Source: Curvularia clavata (lineage: Eukaryota). From it: DNA of 64,000 nt. Shown here in pieces: positions 1-11,322 of this stretch (position 1 is the stretch's first letter; each line of letters starts with the position of its first letter). The stretch is taken from contig CP089274.1 in NCBI GenBank assembly GCA_023920165.1, positions 4,154,001 to 4,218,000 of the forward strand, given 5' to 3'. The position numbers and the translations under genes are program-made. The notes beneath the pieces were generated by a model. That model was not told the DNA's origin, ran no database searches, and worked only from the letters and a program-made list of their open reading frames with translations.

Positions 1-178
1 CTATAGTCACGTAGCATTTAACACTTCGCAAGCCGCCATCTCGCTCACTACCTTACTGCTAAAAGTCTCTTGTAGATCTATAGTCCCTTAAATAATTGTG
101 TACTTTTGAATCCAATGTAGCTTGATCATCAACATCGAGATCATGTTAAAGCGTTTTTTATCTCGGTAGCGACGACAT
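1..178 (-). pseudogene. RIP-degenerated ORF (5' part; continues beyond the window start)
   Basis: Minus-strand ACAACA-ATG at 178 reads MSSLPR*KTL*HDLDVDDQATLDSKVHNYLRDYRSTRDF*Q*GSERDGGLRS. All 4 stops are TAA/TAG, which revert to CAA/CAG by reversing one C->T. Surrounding DNA is TpA-rich. Confidence 0.5.
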
Positions 179-717
179 TGTTGTAAGTTCCTTATGATAG
201 TTACGGAAAACACGGCAACGCTTAGTTTTCTAGAACCTCGAAAGCAAAATAGTCTCCATGGCATAGACTCCTGGTCTTCCTGTACAGCGGCTTTCCGTTT
301 GCGATGTTAACATAGCTGTATGCTGTGCTGTATTACTGTAACAGGTTAACTATTCAGTTGTTTAGTTAGCGTAGAGAGAATTGTAACGGCACGAGCAAGA
401 CTAGTCGAATCGGTTCCTGTGGGAAGTGTCACTTAAATGCACATGGAGGTGCGTGGAACAATAGAAACACCTTAGGTTTGGTAGACACTCATAGGCCTGG
501 TACGAAAGAATATTAAAAATCTACTAAACATCTATGGAAGGTACTAGGTACTTCTACCTTAGTACGGGTCTTCATCGGATCTGTCCCGGTTCTTGGTCGG
601 ATCTCGATGAGCCGTCTTATCTGGGGTAGGTCTTGGTCAATGTATGGTTACAATTAGTATATTTAGTAGCATAGCAGATTTATCTTAGAGTTGGAGTATG
701 TTATTATACTAAAGTTC

Positions 718-1047
718 TTAGTAGCTTTGCATAATAGGTATTATACGCACTAGAGATTGGGAACTTAAGACTAAACTATGATTACTTGCAGCGCCGGGAA
801 TAACAGCAGCCCGAAATATCACTCTCAGCGCCACAACCCCAGCCATAGTGCGCAGTAAAAGTTGCAGACATCTCAGCGCGCTAACTACTTCTGCCGGACG
901 TTGCTTAGGACGCACGACCGATTGCATGCTTTTCGACGATCTAAACTTCCACGTGCCGGGATGCACACTGCTCACTTTAAGTCGACTCTTTGAGTGTACA
1001 GTCTTGATCTTTGCTATCTTAGCTTTCTTTCTAGCCTACCGAGCTAT
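718..1047 (-). pseudogene. RIP-degenerated small basic-protein ORF
   Basis: CTTCAAC-ATA (probable ATG->ATA) GCT CGG TAG then ARKKAKIAKIKTVHSKSRLKV, in frame with ORF 718..975. Confidence 0.35.
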
Positions 1048-2233
1048 GTTGAAGTTTATGCTGTTGCAAAAAAAAACAAGAATTTATTAGAGGAAAGTTG
1101 ATGAATAGTACCAACGGAACAAGCGATAGTATGGTTAACAACCCGCTTTTTAGCGTTAGAGAGTAATATACTAGAAGAGTTAGAGGTATAGAATAGTGTA
1201 AGCAATTGAGTGTGTAAGAAGTATTGTGTATTCTCTTGTATATGATGCTGAGTACAAGTTTAAATACAGTGGCATTAGTCAGTGGCTAACCACGTGACTA
1301 TACATGGTACTTCTGGGCTTACAGATAGATATATATTGCGTTTATTTATTTTTGAGTACGTTACACGTAGCCTGAGCATCCGGAAGAAAAGGTATCCTGT
1401 TACACCGTGCGTCCCGGCACGAAGGGACGGACGTTACTTATTCAGTGAATGTATCCACCTTTAACACTGCATGCACTAAAAGGTATTCAAACTTGCTCGT
1501 TGAGTTTGCTTCTGCTCTACCTTGTGTCACAATGTGGTTTAATCCTCCATGCGCTACGCAAAGTATGTGTAAAGCTAGTGCTTTTTAGTAGACTGCGTGT
1601 GGATAAGATTTTGGCGCGGCTATCCCGTGGTCGTGACCGTGGCTGTAGTAGTGGCCAAAGATGTTCGAAATGACAGTTTGGGGCCAATAGTATTGCACGA
1701 TTGTTGTAACCCGGCTTCCGTGATGATGCTGACAGAATGCGTATGTCGCTTTGCTTTTTACGGCGAAGAGTGAATGTACATGCACGTGATTGCCGCGACT
1801 GCGAAGATGCTGCTACGAAAGATGGTGTTGTTGTGGCTGCAACTATGTTCACCAGTTGACTAGAAATGACTGAGACATCTCCACCTGAACATGTGGCTTG
1901 AGTCGGTTGCCTAAAGGCAAACATTGCTGTACGTCGCACACTGCGCGATTCCAAGGAGTTAAGGCATTATTAAAGATTGACTTTGTACCCTTCACAGAGC
2001 GAATGTCTCTTAGTTCTCAGCTTTCATCGCACCCATCATATTCGTACAATGTCATGTACAGATCTCAGTCTAACAAAGATGACAAAGGAGCACAATGCAT
2101 CCCTTGTCGCTCCCGCCTACTACACCCATCTGCTTCAAATAAGTTATATACTCCAATATCGCATCTTCGACCTTCCAGAAACATACCATCAATAACAGCA
2201 ACAAAAACAATAATAACTTCATTATCGCCCATC

Positions 2234-5062
2234 ATGCCTCGCAAAACCGTATACGTATCCAATCGATCTCCAAAGGACCTCATGGCTGGTCTTTTGGAGA
2301 TCGTACAGAACCAGGGCGGTGACAATCGCCTCACTGTTTCCTGTATGAGGGCTATGAACAAATACCTAACAACCAATCTGCGCCAATCCAATGCCAGAGT
2401 TCACTCACACGGTAGCAAGTGCTCAACCCACCGTCATATTTGCAGGATATGTGGAAGGAATCTTACCAAAATGGCCAACTCTGTGCCAGAAGCCCCACAG
2501 AATCTAGATGATTCACACAACTGTGAGGCTATGGAGGTCGACGATCAGCCTCATACCGAGATTCCACAGACCGACCTCGATGTGCCAGTCGTTAATGCAG
2601 CTACTGTACAGCCTGCTGGTGAGGAGCATCCATCGACAGAAGGTAGCGATGAAGCTTCCAAAGGACTACCGCAGGCCACTGTCGTGGCACCTGCCTCCGA
2701 GGAAGTCTCCGGGCAACCTGTTGGCGAAGAGCACCCATCCAATGAAGGCAACGATGAAACTGCCAACGAGGTTCCCCAGATTGAGAACCGCACCGCTCAA
2801 ACACAGTCTGATGCCGCGGCCAACCGGCAAGTGAGAACAAGGCGGATCAACGTGGCTGATGTGGACGCCAGTATCGATCCTTTTGATTTTCCCCAGGTCA
2901 CTGCTGACTCCAATACTCTTACCTTTCCTGGACACTTCGGTGAGTTGGATCCCAAGGGAAACATCATCGTATGGCCTGTAGAAAAGAAGAGATCTGAAAC
3001 TGTCGCAGTCGACGCTCCTAATAGTGTGTCCAAGCTATCATCACGCTCATCTTCAGGCTCATACTCACGCTCCCATTCACAACTAGTACGCTTATATTCA
3101 CGTTCATATAAATCCTCATCTTCCTCCTCATATGTACCCTCATCCTCATTCTCGTCCTCATCCTCGTCCTCATCCTCGTCCTCATCCTCATCTTCATTCT
3201 CGTCTTCATCCTCAACTTCAACCTCTTCTTCATCCTCATCTTCGCAGCCCCCTACAGAAACCCCTTCGAGGACTGTGTTCAGGGCTGGTACAAAGCCTGC
3301 GTCTGATCCTATTCGTAAGCTTCAGACTGCTCATATCCGAAAGGTCAAATCTAGCCCTATTTCTAAGGCTAGTCTCATCCGAAGGCTTACGTTTAGTCCT
3401 ATTCAAAAGTTTGTGTCCAGGGCAATTGCAGAGACCGAACCTACTCGAGATGAGAACCCCCCTCCCGGCGTTAATCCGGCCACCGGTATACCTGAGGTCT
3501 GTGTCCCTGAGGATCTTGAGTCCGACGTGACTGACGAGGAGCCCTCGCCGCCTCCATTTAATCAGCAAATTCGCGGTTCTCCTACCCGATTCGCACCCCC
3601 TTGCAACGTTAATCAGTCCTTTATGGTACACGAAGACTCCGGTTCCGATTCCGATGCCACTGTCGAGGTACCTTCGACACCTCCGCATACTACACAGATC
3701 CGCGGCTCGCCTACCCGATTTGCACCCCCTTGTAATGTCAATCAGTCCTTTATGGTACACAGCGATTCTGATTCCGACAAGACTGAAGAGGAGCCTTCGC
3801 CACTTCCACAAGCCGTACAGATCCGTGGCTCGCCTACGAGATTCGCACCACCATGCAATGCTAGTCAGTCCTTTATGGTACGCGATGATTCTGACTCTGG
3901 CTCACTTTCGCCTCCACGTTCCCAGCTTGAATCCTCTCCCCCGGCTATATCCAGGATTCCAGAGAGTCCGGTCTCCAGCAAACGTTCATTTAAAGATATT
4001 CCAGTTCCCAGAAGAGGTTCATTCAGAAGTAGTCCATACCCCAGCAGGGGCTCATTCGGAAATGCTCCAGTTCCTAGCAGTGGTTCAGTTAGAGATGCTT
4101 CCGCTACGATGAGTTTCCACCAGTCTGGCTCCCCCTCTAACACTGAAGATGAAGCTGAAAAAGCTGACGGTACGACTGGAGAACATGAAACCGCTGGAGT
4201 ACGTGACTTCCTCAAACTCATTAAAGGAACTCTAGGCCAGCCTTTCAACCCTGATGAGACATTAACATCGAGTGACCTCGTTACTTCATCTCCCTCCGCT
4301 CGTGAGAACGAAAATGCCAAACAGAACGGCGAGGATGACGAAGCGGGAGACTCTGACGATACTGAAGAAGATGAAACTCTTGACGAGGACCTCATCAACC
4401 GTAGCCTGATCACAGAAGGACCCAACCCCAGATACGTCAACCCGTTACCCATTCCCACTCCGCCATCTCAACGTCCCCGCACCCCGATCATCCTCCCCAC
4501 CATCACCCTCACAGACACTGACACAAACCGCGAGCAGACCGCCGACTTCCAAAACACCGATGACCCCGACTGTGGTATTGAGCACCGCAGACTCATGGGC
4601 CGTGTCCCCGAGTTCGCAAGGAATTCCAGGGAGTCTCTGGGGGTTCCACCCACGAATATTCAACCCCGGGCCACTCGCCACGTTGCGTCTCGACGACCTT
4701 CGGCTGCTTCTGAGCAGGGAGGAAAGCCACAGCCCGGTCCGTCCAATATGAGACGACCAAAGCGGTCTCGCGACGATGGTCAGGAGCATGCCTCGGAGCC
4801 TCGGAAGAGGGCCAGGTTCGCTTTTGGCACTACCGAAAAAGATGCGGAGTGGATGCTTACCAAAAGTGGACCTCGTGTATGGTTGAAAGATGGAGCGAAA
4901 TACTACGAGGACCCGGAGAAGAACCCTAACGCGACAGCCTTCCCATACAATGCACGCCGCGGGATGATACTAAAGGTCCAAAAGCGCCCGGAAATCGATG
5001 AGGAGGAGGGCAACGATGAGGAGGGCAATGCTGAGGAGAGCAACGCTGAGAAACAGCAGTAG
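2234..5062 (+). CDS. Large orphan low-complexity protein (Ser/Pro/acidic-rich) with internal repeats
   Basis: Frame is open from 1898 to 5062; a likely start is the ATC-ATG at 2234 (MPRKTVYVSN). It has a poly-Ser tract, three ~41-43 aa repeats, an N-terminal C/H cluster (HSHGSKCSTHRHICRICG) and an NLS-like PRKRAR. No family recognised. Confidence 0.7.
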   Translation: MPRKTVYVSNRSPKDLMAGLLEIVQNQGGDNRLTVSCMRAMNKYLTTNLRQSNARVHSHGSKCSTHRHICRICGRNLTKMANSVPEAPQNLDDSHNCEAMEVDDQPHTEIPQTDLDVPVVNAATVQPAGEEHPSTEGSDEASKGLPQATVVAPASEEVSGQPVGEEHPSNEGNDETANEVPQIENRTAQTQSDAAANRQVRTRRINVADVDASIDPFDFPQVTADSNTLTFPGHFGELDPKGNIIVWPVEKKRSETVAVDAPNSVSKLSSRSSSGSYSRSHSQLVRLYSRSYKSSSSSSYVPSSSFSSSSSSSSSSSSSSSFSSSSSTSTSSSSSSSQPPTETPSRTVFRAGTKPASDPIRKLQTAHIRKVKSSPISKASLIRRLTFSPIQKFVSRAIAETEPTRDENPPPGVNPATGIPEVCVPEDLESDVTDEEPSPPPFNQQIRGSPTRFAPPCNVNQSFMVHEDSGSDSDATVEVPSTPPHTTQIRGSPTRFAPPCNVNQSFMVHSDSDSDKTEEEPSPLPQAVQIRGSPTRFAPPCNASQSFMVRDDSDSGSLSPPRSQLESSPPAISRIPESPVSSKRSFKDIPVPRRGSFRSSPYPSRGSFGNAPVPSSGSVRDASATMSFHQSGSPSNTEDEAEKADGTTGEHETAGVRDFLKLIKGTLGQPFNPDETLTSSDLVTSSPSARENENAKQNGEDDEAGDSDDTEEDETLDEDLINRSLITEGPNPRYVNPLPIPTPPSQRPRTPIILPTITLTDTDTNREQTADFQNTDDPDCGIEHRRLMGRVPEFARNSRESLGVPPTNIQPRATRHVASRRPSAASEQGGKPQPGPSNMRRPKRSRDDGQEHASEPRKRARFAFGTTEKDAEWMLTKSGPRVWLKDGAKYYEDPEKNPNATAFPYNARRGMILKVQKRPEIDEEEGNDEEGNAEESNAEKQQ
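3030..3245 (+). repeat. Poly-serine-coding TCN microsatellite-like tract
   Basis: Runs of TCCTCA/TCCTCG/TCTTCA encode a long Ser-rich stretch. Confidence 0.85.
3530..3900 (+). repeat. Three tandem coding repeats (~123-129 bp) encoding QIRGSPTRFAPPCN(V/A)xQSFMVxxDS
   Basis: Near-identical GG(T/C)TCxCCTAC...TT(C/T)GCACC copies at ~3574, ~3703 and ~3826. Confidence 0.9.
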
Positions 5063-5684
5063 TTAAAACGAGTATGACTCAACCATTGGTGAGAATAAAG
5101 TACAGGACAGGATCCATGCCAAAGCATTATGCGCGAACGAGCAAGGCTTTTCAGGCCATAATACGAAGTAAGTGATAGAGAAAATGGCGTTTGTTTTGGT
5201 TGACTGGGCATTTCTGGAACGGAGTTGGGTTTGCCTTTTGTGTTTTTCTTTGTTTGCTTGACGCATGGTTGCTTGGGTGGTTATCGGAGTTTTTGCATAG
5301 TGTTTTTGTTTTCAGCATCTTGAGAGCCTGGTGCTCGAAATGACTTGTACGATAAGAGTTTGCGATTTAGCTTTCTTGTGATAGACCCTAGTAATATGAG
5401 AGGTACTTTGACTTTAAGCAACCTTGAGTTTATGCGCACATCAATGTCTACCAGGATTTTGTTAGAAAATCTGAACCGGTAAACTGGTAGAAATTCAGCA
5501 CACACGAATTGCAAATTGTCATGGTGTCGACTGATCTTTGTATCACATGGTTAAGGATCTCCCGAGGAGGTAATTCCCTCTGCTGGATAGCTTTGACATT
5601 ACAATAAGAATACGAGATTTTGATAAAATAGAGTTACCCTACTTGACCTGTGAGATTCAGTGTGAGGGGACCGCAAAGCTCGAT

Positions 5685-5762
5685 CTGCAATCTTTAGCAC
5701 AGAAGAGGTGTTGAGGCAAGGCTGTCTCTTGCTTAGTGCTACGTCTACGCTAAAGATTGCAG
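5685..5762 (+). repeat. Inverted repeat / 78-nt hairpin
   Basis: Perfect 14-bp arms CTGCAATCTTTAGC (5685-5698) and GCTAAAGATTGCAG (5749-5762), plus an inner stem with G-U pairs. Confidence 0.8.
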
Positions 5763-6375
5763 TGCAGTCAAGAGTGGGCTACGTGTCTCAGGTCCATTTG
5801 GTAACAGTGTGCCTCATTTCTCGCCACTAGGAGCACTCATATCCCCAGTGCCGTGCTTGACGGGCTCTCGGTGGGCTGAAATAGGTACTTGGATAGGAGC
5901 TGCGCTCGACGGAACAGACCCGCGCCTTACGAACAACTACCTCACTCGAACTTGAATATATTAATTTTGCATATATACTAGAACAAGCTCCTTCTACTTA
6001 GCATGCCTTCTGTATAGGTTGAAATCTTATTTCGGCTTATGCTGGCTATGTTCCAGGCTGTTGTTGCATAATAGGTGCACTGTTTGGCGAGCAGCTGCTG
6101 TTCGGGTATTTCAGCCCACTACTGAGGAACGGGGGGCCTCGTAATTTTGTCCTCCAATAGGCGGCCGTCTGATGCATCGGATGCGCTGAACGGACATCGG
6201 CACAGCCCCTCTTGAATCAGCTTACTCAGGCTGAGTGCAAGTCGTCGAAGTTCAGTGGCGATGCAAATACCAGAGCGACAGCAGTATACGTTCTTTGAAC
6301 AAATCCAAAGCCTTCATCGTCTCGAGTTCGAACCCACCTATCCTTCATCACTCTACAGCATCCACATCAATACCG

Positions 6376-9300
6376 ATGGAGGCTCTGGTCGCGATAGGAC
6401 TAGCAAGTAACATTGTACAATTTGCGGACTGTGGTATCCGATGGGTCTCGAGCGCAATAGAGTTATACAAAAGTGGAAATGGGGCGCTACAAGAGAACGG
6501 CGAGCTGCAGAAGGTTATCAATAGTCTTCGTTCCGTAGTACTTGGATTGAAGACGGAGAATCGTTTGCAGGGCGACAAGACCCTTGATGCGCTGGTCGCA
6601 GCGTGTCTACCCCTTGCTGATGAACTCACGGTTATCTTGAGCAAATTAAAGATTGACGGGCAGAACAGAAACCGACAGGAAATCATCAGAAAGGCCTTAC
6701 AAAGCTTGTTGAAGAAAGAGCATATACAGGACATTGAGCGCCGCCTGGAGAGGATTCGGGACCAGATCTGCGTCCATGTAAACTTTCTTTTAGTGTAAGT
6801 TCCTGCAATTGTAGTCTGAACCTAGCTTCCGCTGACATCCAAAAGCTCTCAGCAATTCGTTTTGATACCCAGCCTCCGTGAACTCACAGATGTCCAAAAG
6901 TGTGTGGCAGCCGATACTCAGGCTGATCTGTCTTCCATCCGGTCTAGACTCGAGGACATGTCCTTAAAACTACAGAAGATTTCAAGCTGGCCCCAGGAAT
7001 TCGCAACGGAATTTCCAAATCTCCTTCAAACATTTTGCGAAGAGACTCGCAATTTCAACAAGCTACGCAGAATACTCAAAAGCCTGTACTTTGAACAACT
7101 GCAAATGCGGCAGTCACAGGTGAAACAGGCTCACAAAAACACACTGGAATGGATTTTTACCAAAAATTCAAATGTCAATCTTTGTTCATGGCTGCGGTCC
7201 GGTGGTGAAATCTACTGGATCTCAGGCAAAGCTGGATCTGGCAAATCAACACTGATGAAGTTCCTCGAGGAACATGAGAGCACCCACAAACTTCTCAAGA
7301 AGTGGGCGGGGAGTCAAGATATCGTGATCGCATCCCATTACTTCTGGAGTGCCGGCACACCTATGCAAAAGTCGCAGGGCGGCCTGTTTCGAACTTTGCT
7401 CTCCCAAATATTGATTAGCTGTCCTGAGGTAGCACCTCTCATTTGTGGTGAAAGATGGGAGGACAACTCTTTGGACTCGCTCAAGGATTGGACCCACAAG
7501 GAACTTTGCGAAGCCTTCCAAGGCCTCTCCTCACTTCAGAAACTCCCTATACGATTTTGCTTCCTTATCGATGGTTTGGATGAGTACGACGGTGATCATC
7601 ACGAACTCGCCGAGCTCCTTGTCGGGATATCGTGTTCATCAAATATCAAGATATGCGCATCTAGTAGACCTTGGAATGATTTTATCGACGCTTTTGGACA
7701 GTCGCAGTGGAAACTTTTTATTCATGAGTTGACAAAAGATGACATCCGATTATACACCGAAGATAATCTCGAACAAAACCGTCGATTTCTTCAGCTCAAA
7801 GGCCGAGAGCCTGTGGCTGCCGAGTCTCTGATCCAAAAAATGTCTGAAAGATCGCAAGGGGTGTTTTTATGGGTTTATCTTGTTATCAGATCATTGTTGC
7901 GTGGTCTCGCCAACCGAGATGAGATCCGCGACCTCCAAAGACGACTAGACGAGCTCCCAAGCGACCTGGAGGAGTACTTTGAGCTCATGATGAGCCGCAT
8001 CGAGAACGTCTATCGAACTAGAACGGCGCGTATCTTCCGGACTCTAATCGAGGCGCAAGGTTCGTTGCCTTTGATAGCATTGCACTTTTTGGAGATGGAA
8101 CAAGATGATCCTGACTACGTTATCGGAAAGAAGATTGTTCCTCTAAGCGAGGACCAGCTGAACGAGATACTGGAAGATAAAAGATGGCAGCTAAACGCCC
8201 AATGCAAAGATCTTCTTGAGGTTGTGCAAGCACCAGAGGAAGAGCCCATCCTGGGTGAAAGATTTGGTTTCCTGCACCGAACGGTCATTGATTTCTAGTG
8301 TATGAAACGCATGGACATCCTTCTAAGAGCGCGTTCTGGGCCTGAATTTGACCCATTTCTTGCTGCTTTCAAGATTCGTCTAGCCTACCTCAAAATTCGC
8401 CCAGTCGATGACCCTTTTGCTAAGCAAAACACACCCTATTTGGTAGGTTGCATCTTGCATCACGCCCGCGAATTGGAGCTCCGCTTCAAGCGCTCAGAAA
8501 CTGTGTTGCTCGACGATTTTTGGGAAACACAATCAACCGCAATAGGACTGTTACCTTACCATTGGGCAGGTACAGCTCCGGCTCAATGCTGCTTTATGTG
8601 CGTTGCAGCAAACTACGGCCTTTTGCTGTATGTCACTCAGAACTTTGAACGGTGCTCAGGCGGAGAGAAGCATCAAGCCCGGCTCCTCCGGGCGTCGCTT
8701 GACTCCCAACCGATGACTTGTCCTGACGACATCGAGACCGAAAGCCACAGCAGTTTATCAACGGTCGAATTCTTGCTGGAAAAAGGAATTTCGCCAAATT
8801 CCGCATCCAATGAAACAGGTACAATTTGGGCCAACTATGTCCTGCTGGCCACAGGCAAAGGGCGTAAGCGCAATTTGGATGACGTGTTTGAAGTCTGCCG
8901 ATTGATGATCTACCACGGAGCGGACAGATGGATGCGTTCAGAAGTTGACGTTGAAACATCCGAATGCGGCAACCCAAACAACGATGTGATGCCGATTCTG
9001 CAACTGCTCGTCTCTGCGGAGGAATTTTGTATTCTCTCATCTTTGGATAAACAAGTAAGTGGCAGGATTTTACCGGAAACTGGACTGGCGAACAAGCGTA
9101 ATGAGAATGTTCATCACCCTTCGAAGAATGGAGGATCAGAGATGTCTTGGAAAGATCAAGGAAGAAGTCAAGTAAGAGGTCGAAGAAAGAGACGGACACA
9201 CCGTTATGGCCGTGGAGAAGCAAATGAAGGATATGCAACTTCTCCAGGAACAATTTCTTCCAACCCTTACACCCCAAGCCCATTTCCTCAACCTACCAAT

Positions 9301-9627
9301 CCTCAATGGCAACAGCCTTTCGGCCCTCACGCATATCACCAATCAAAACAAAATCAAGCAAATGGTTACTTCGCTACTCAAGTATATCCCGCGCCTTCAT
9401 CCTCTCAGTGGCCGTATCCTTTGGGCCCAACACCTCCCCACGCTTACTTACAGCCCCATATCCAGGCGAACACACAATTCACTGCTCAGTCCTACCACCA
9501 CTCCTCAGAGATCCCATCCTCCAGGTCGCCTCTCTACCATAATGGCGCATCTTATCCTAGTCATGAAATCACGCGTACAATAGGTTTCAACCTCTCGTCT
9601 AATTACCGCTCTCAGCGACCTTCGTAA
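6376..9627 (+). CDS. Fungal NLR-like STAND protein (HeLo-like/SesA-type N-terminus + NACHT + degenerate ankyrin-like region + low-complexity tail), interrupted by an in-frame TAG at 8296-8298
   Basis: ATG 6376 MEALVAIGLASNIVQF is a typical fungal STAND N-terminus. Intron 6795-6845 (GTAAGT..GCTGAC..AAG) joins in frame. Motifs: Walker A GKAGSGKST, Walker B FLIDGLDE, SSRP, GVFLWV and HRTVIDF. ORF 8302..9627 is in the same frame immediately after the TAG. Confidence 0.88.
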
Positions 9628-10277
9628 CAAGAGGGCAAAGAGCCGGGCCTACGCAGGATCAATAAAGCTCGGATTTTGATCTGATAATCTGAATTTTGGA
9701 ATTTTGAAGACAGGCGTGGTGTACTAGGGGTGCAAGGCTGATGTGGTTCTAAACACTCCGAAAGTAACGATTTATAGCACGATCAAGAGCCTTGTCTCCT
9801 TTTTTTTCTTTTCTATATACTAGTTTCCTGGAGAGAAATGTGTAAATCATAGTGAGAAGTACTTTATAAAACAATATATTCGCGCATAAAGAGCACAGAT
9901 GCGCTGATGATAAATTATTTTCCGCACAGGGGGTTCGCAGGGACGTTAGATCTTGACTCTGCTCCATTCGAGCACCACGACTACATTACATGCACACCAA
10001 GATGTGACTCCATCTCACATTTAGCCTAATAATAAAAACATTCCAGATTGAGACCAAATTCCATAAGGCCCAAATTTTTCAACGCGCCCGCTTCCACAAG
10101 TCCCTCTCGGCTCTCCAATCCCGCGTTGCCTACTCCGCTCCGCCCATGCATATGCACCCTACCCCGAACGCATCCCACATCTGAATCCGCTTACTCTCGC
10201 CTCCACCATATTACTCAACCTTCCAAATGCGCCTCACCACACTTCTCTCACACTCTCTTTCCCTACTTCCCACCACA

Positions 10278-10793
10278 ATGGCCACCCAATACCCCACCGC
10301 TTCTCAACCCATAACGCGCATTGCAACATTCCGATTCCGGCCAGAAGTAACACCAGCGCAAAAGAGCGATCGCGCAGCAGCGTTTCTGGCGCTGTACGAC
10401 GAGCATCCGGAGTTGCTGGCGGAAAAGCCCAAAGGCGGCAGGCCGTTGGATACGCCGCTAGATTTGACAGATGTGAAGAGAGATAGTGTGTGGGATATGG
10501 GGTTCGTGGTTGTATTTAAGGTATGTGTGGTTTTGTAGTTTAGAATGTGGGGGTGGGGTGCATGGAATAGGAAAAGAAAAAGAGGCTGATGAGATGTAGG
10601 ATGAGGCTGCGAGAGAAACATTCGACCGCGATCCGGGGCATGATAGGTTGAAGGTAAGCTTGCCTCTCTCTTTCCTTTTCCGTGGCAGTCGAGTGTTGGA
10701 TGATGCTGAGTCTTATTGCAGAACGAAACGGACCCGTTGCTGGCGCAGGTCTTCGTATATGACTTTGCTGCACAGCCTAATTTGGGCTGGTGA
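10278..10793 (+). CDS. Stress-responsive A/B barrel (Dabb-like) protein, 3 exons
   Basis: Exons 10278-10520, 10600-10653 and 10722-10793 give ITRIATFRFRPEVT...WDMGFVVVFK/DEAARETFDRDPGHDRLK/NETDPLLAQVFVYDF. This matches the Dabb F..E.....F...P.H and final vyDf pattern. Confidence 0.75.
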
Positions 10794-11322
10794 GGATAAG
10801 AGCGTTGATTAGGTCAATGTTCAAGTTAGGAAGATGGCTTTTTGAAAAACGGAGGTCTTGCTAGGTTGTTTGTGTTGGAAATTGAAACAGCGTAGTACAC
10901 AAGACTCGTCTTGTAGAGCAGCTGACTTACATCCGAACTAGATCGAATTGGCACTAATATCATGAACTTCTTGGGAGAGTGGTAGGAAGACAACGCCTCC
11001 AGTGATAGTCACACTAGAGATTACAGATAGGGGATTAAGTCTTTCAGGAGGCTCCGAGATCAACAGATTGCATATAGTAGGTAATCAGATGAGAAAGCCG
11101 TCATCAGGGTAGGGTGGACCTTCAGGTATCGGCTTTGGGTCACAGTATTGCCAGATGTGTTTGGAGCAATTTACAGTATTTCATTAGTAGGATTGTACAT
11201 CATTCCCGCCAAGATCACGTCTCTTGCGAAAGCTTAAGAAAAATGTAGGATGATTGATCCAGCCTCAAGACTTGTCGCCAGTGGAACACTCGTCGCCAGT
11301 GGAAAATTATTCGCAGTAGCTT

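Noticed and set aside
3530..3900. CRISPR-like repeat-spacer appearance
   Set aside because: Eukaryotic, in-frame coding repeats with synonymous variation and no cas genes.
1..9627. Starship or other intact transposon
   Set aside because: No DUF3435 recombinase, transposase, reverse transcriptase or terminal repeats are recognisable in the window.
11274..11304. 13-bp direct repeat GTCGCCAGTGGAA downstream of the 2EXR stop
   Set aside because: A short local duplication in a 3' UTR with no further structure.
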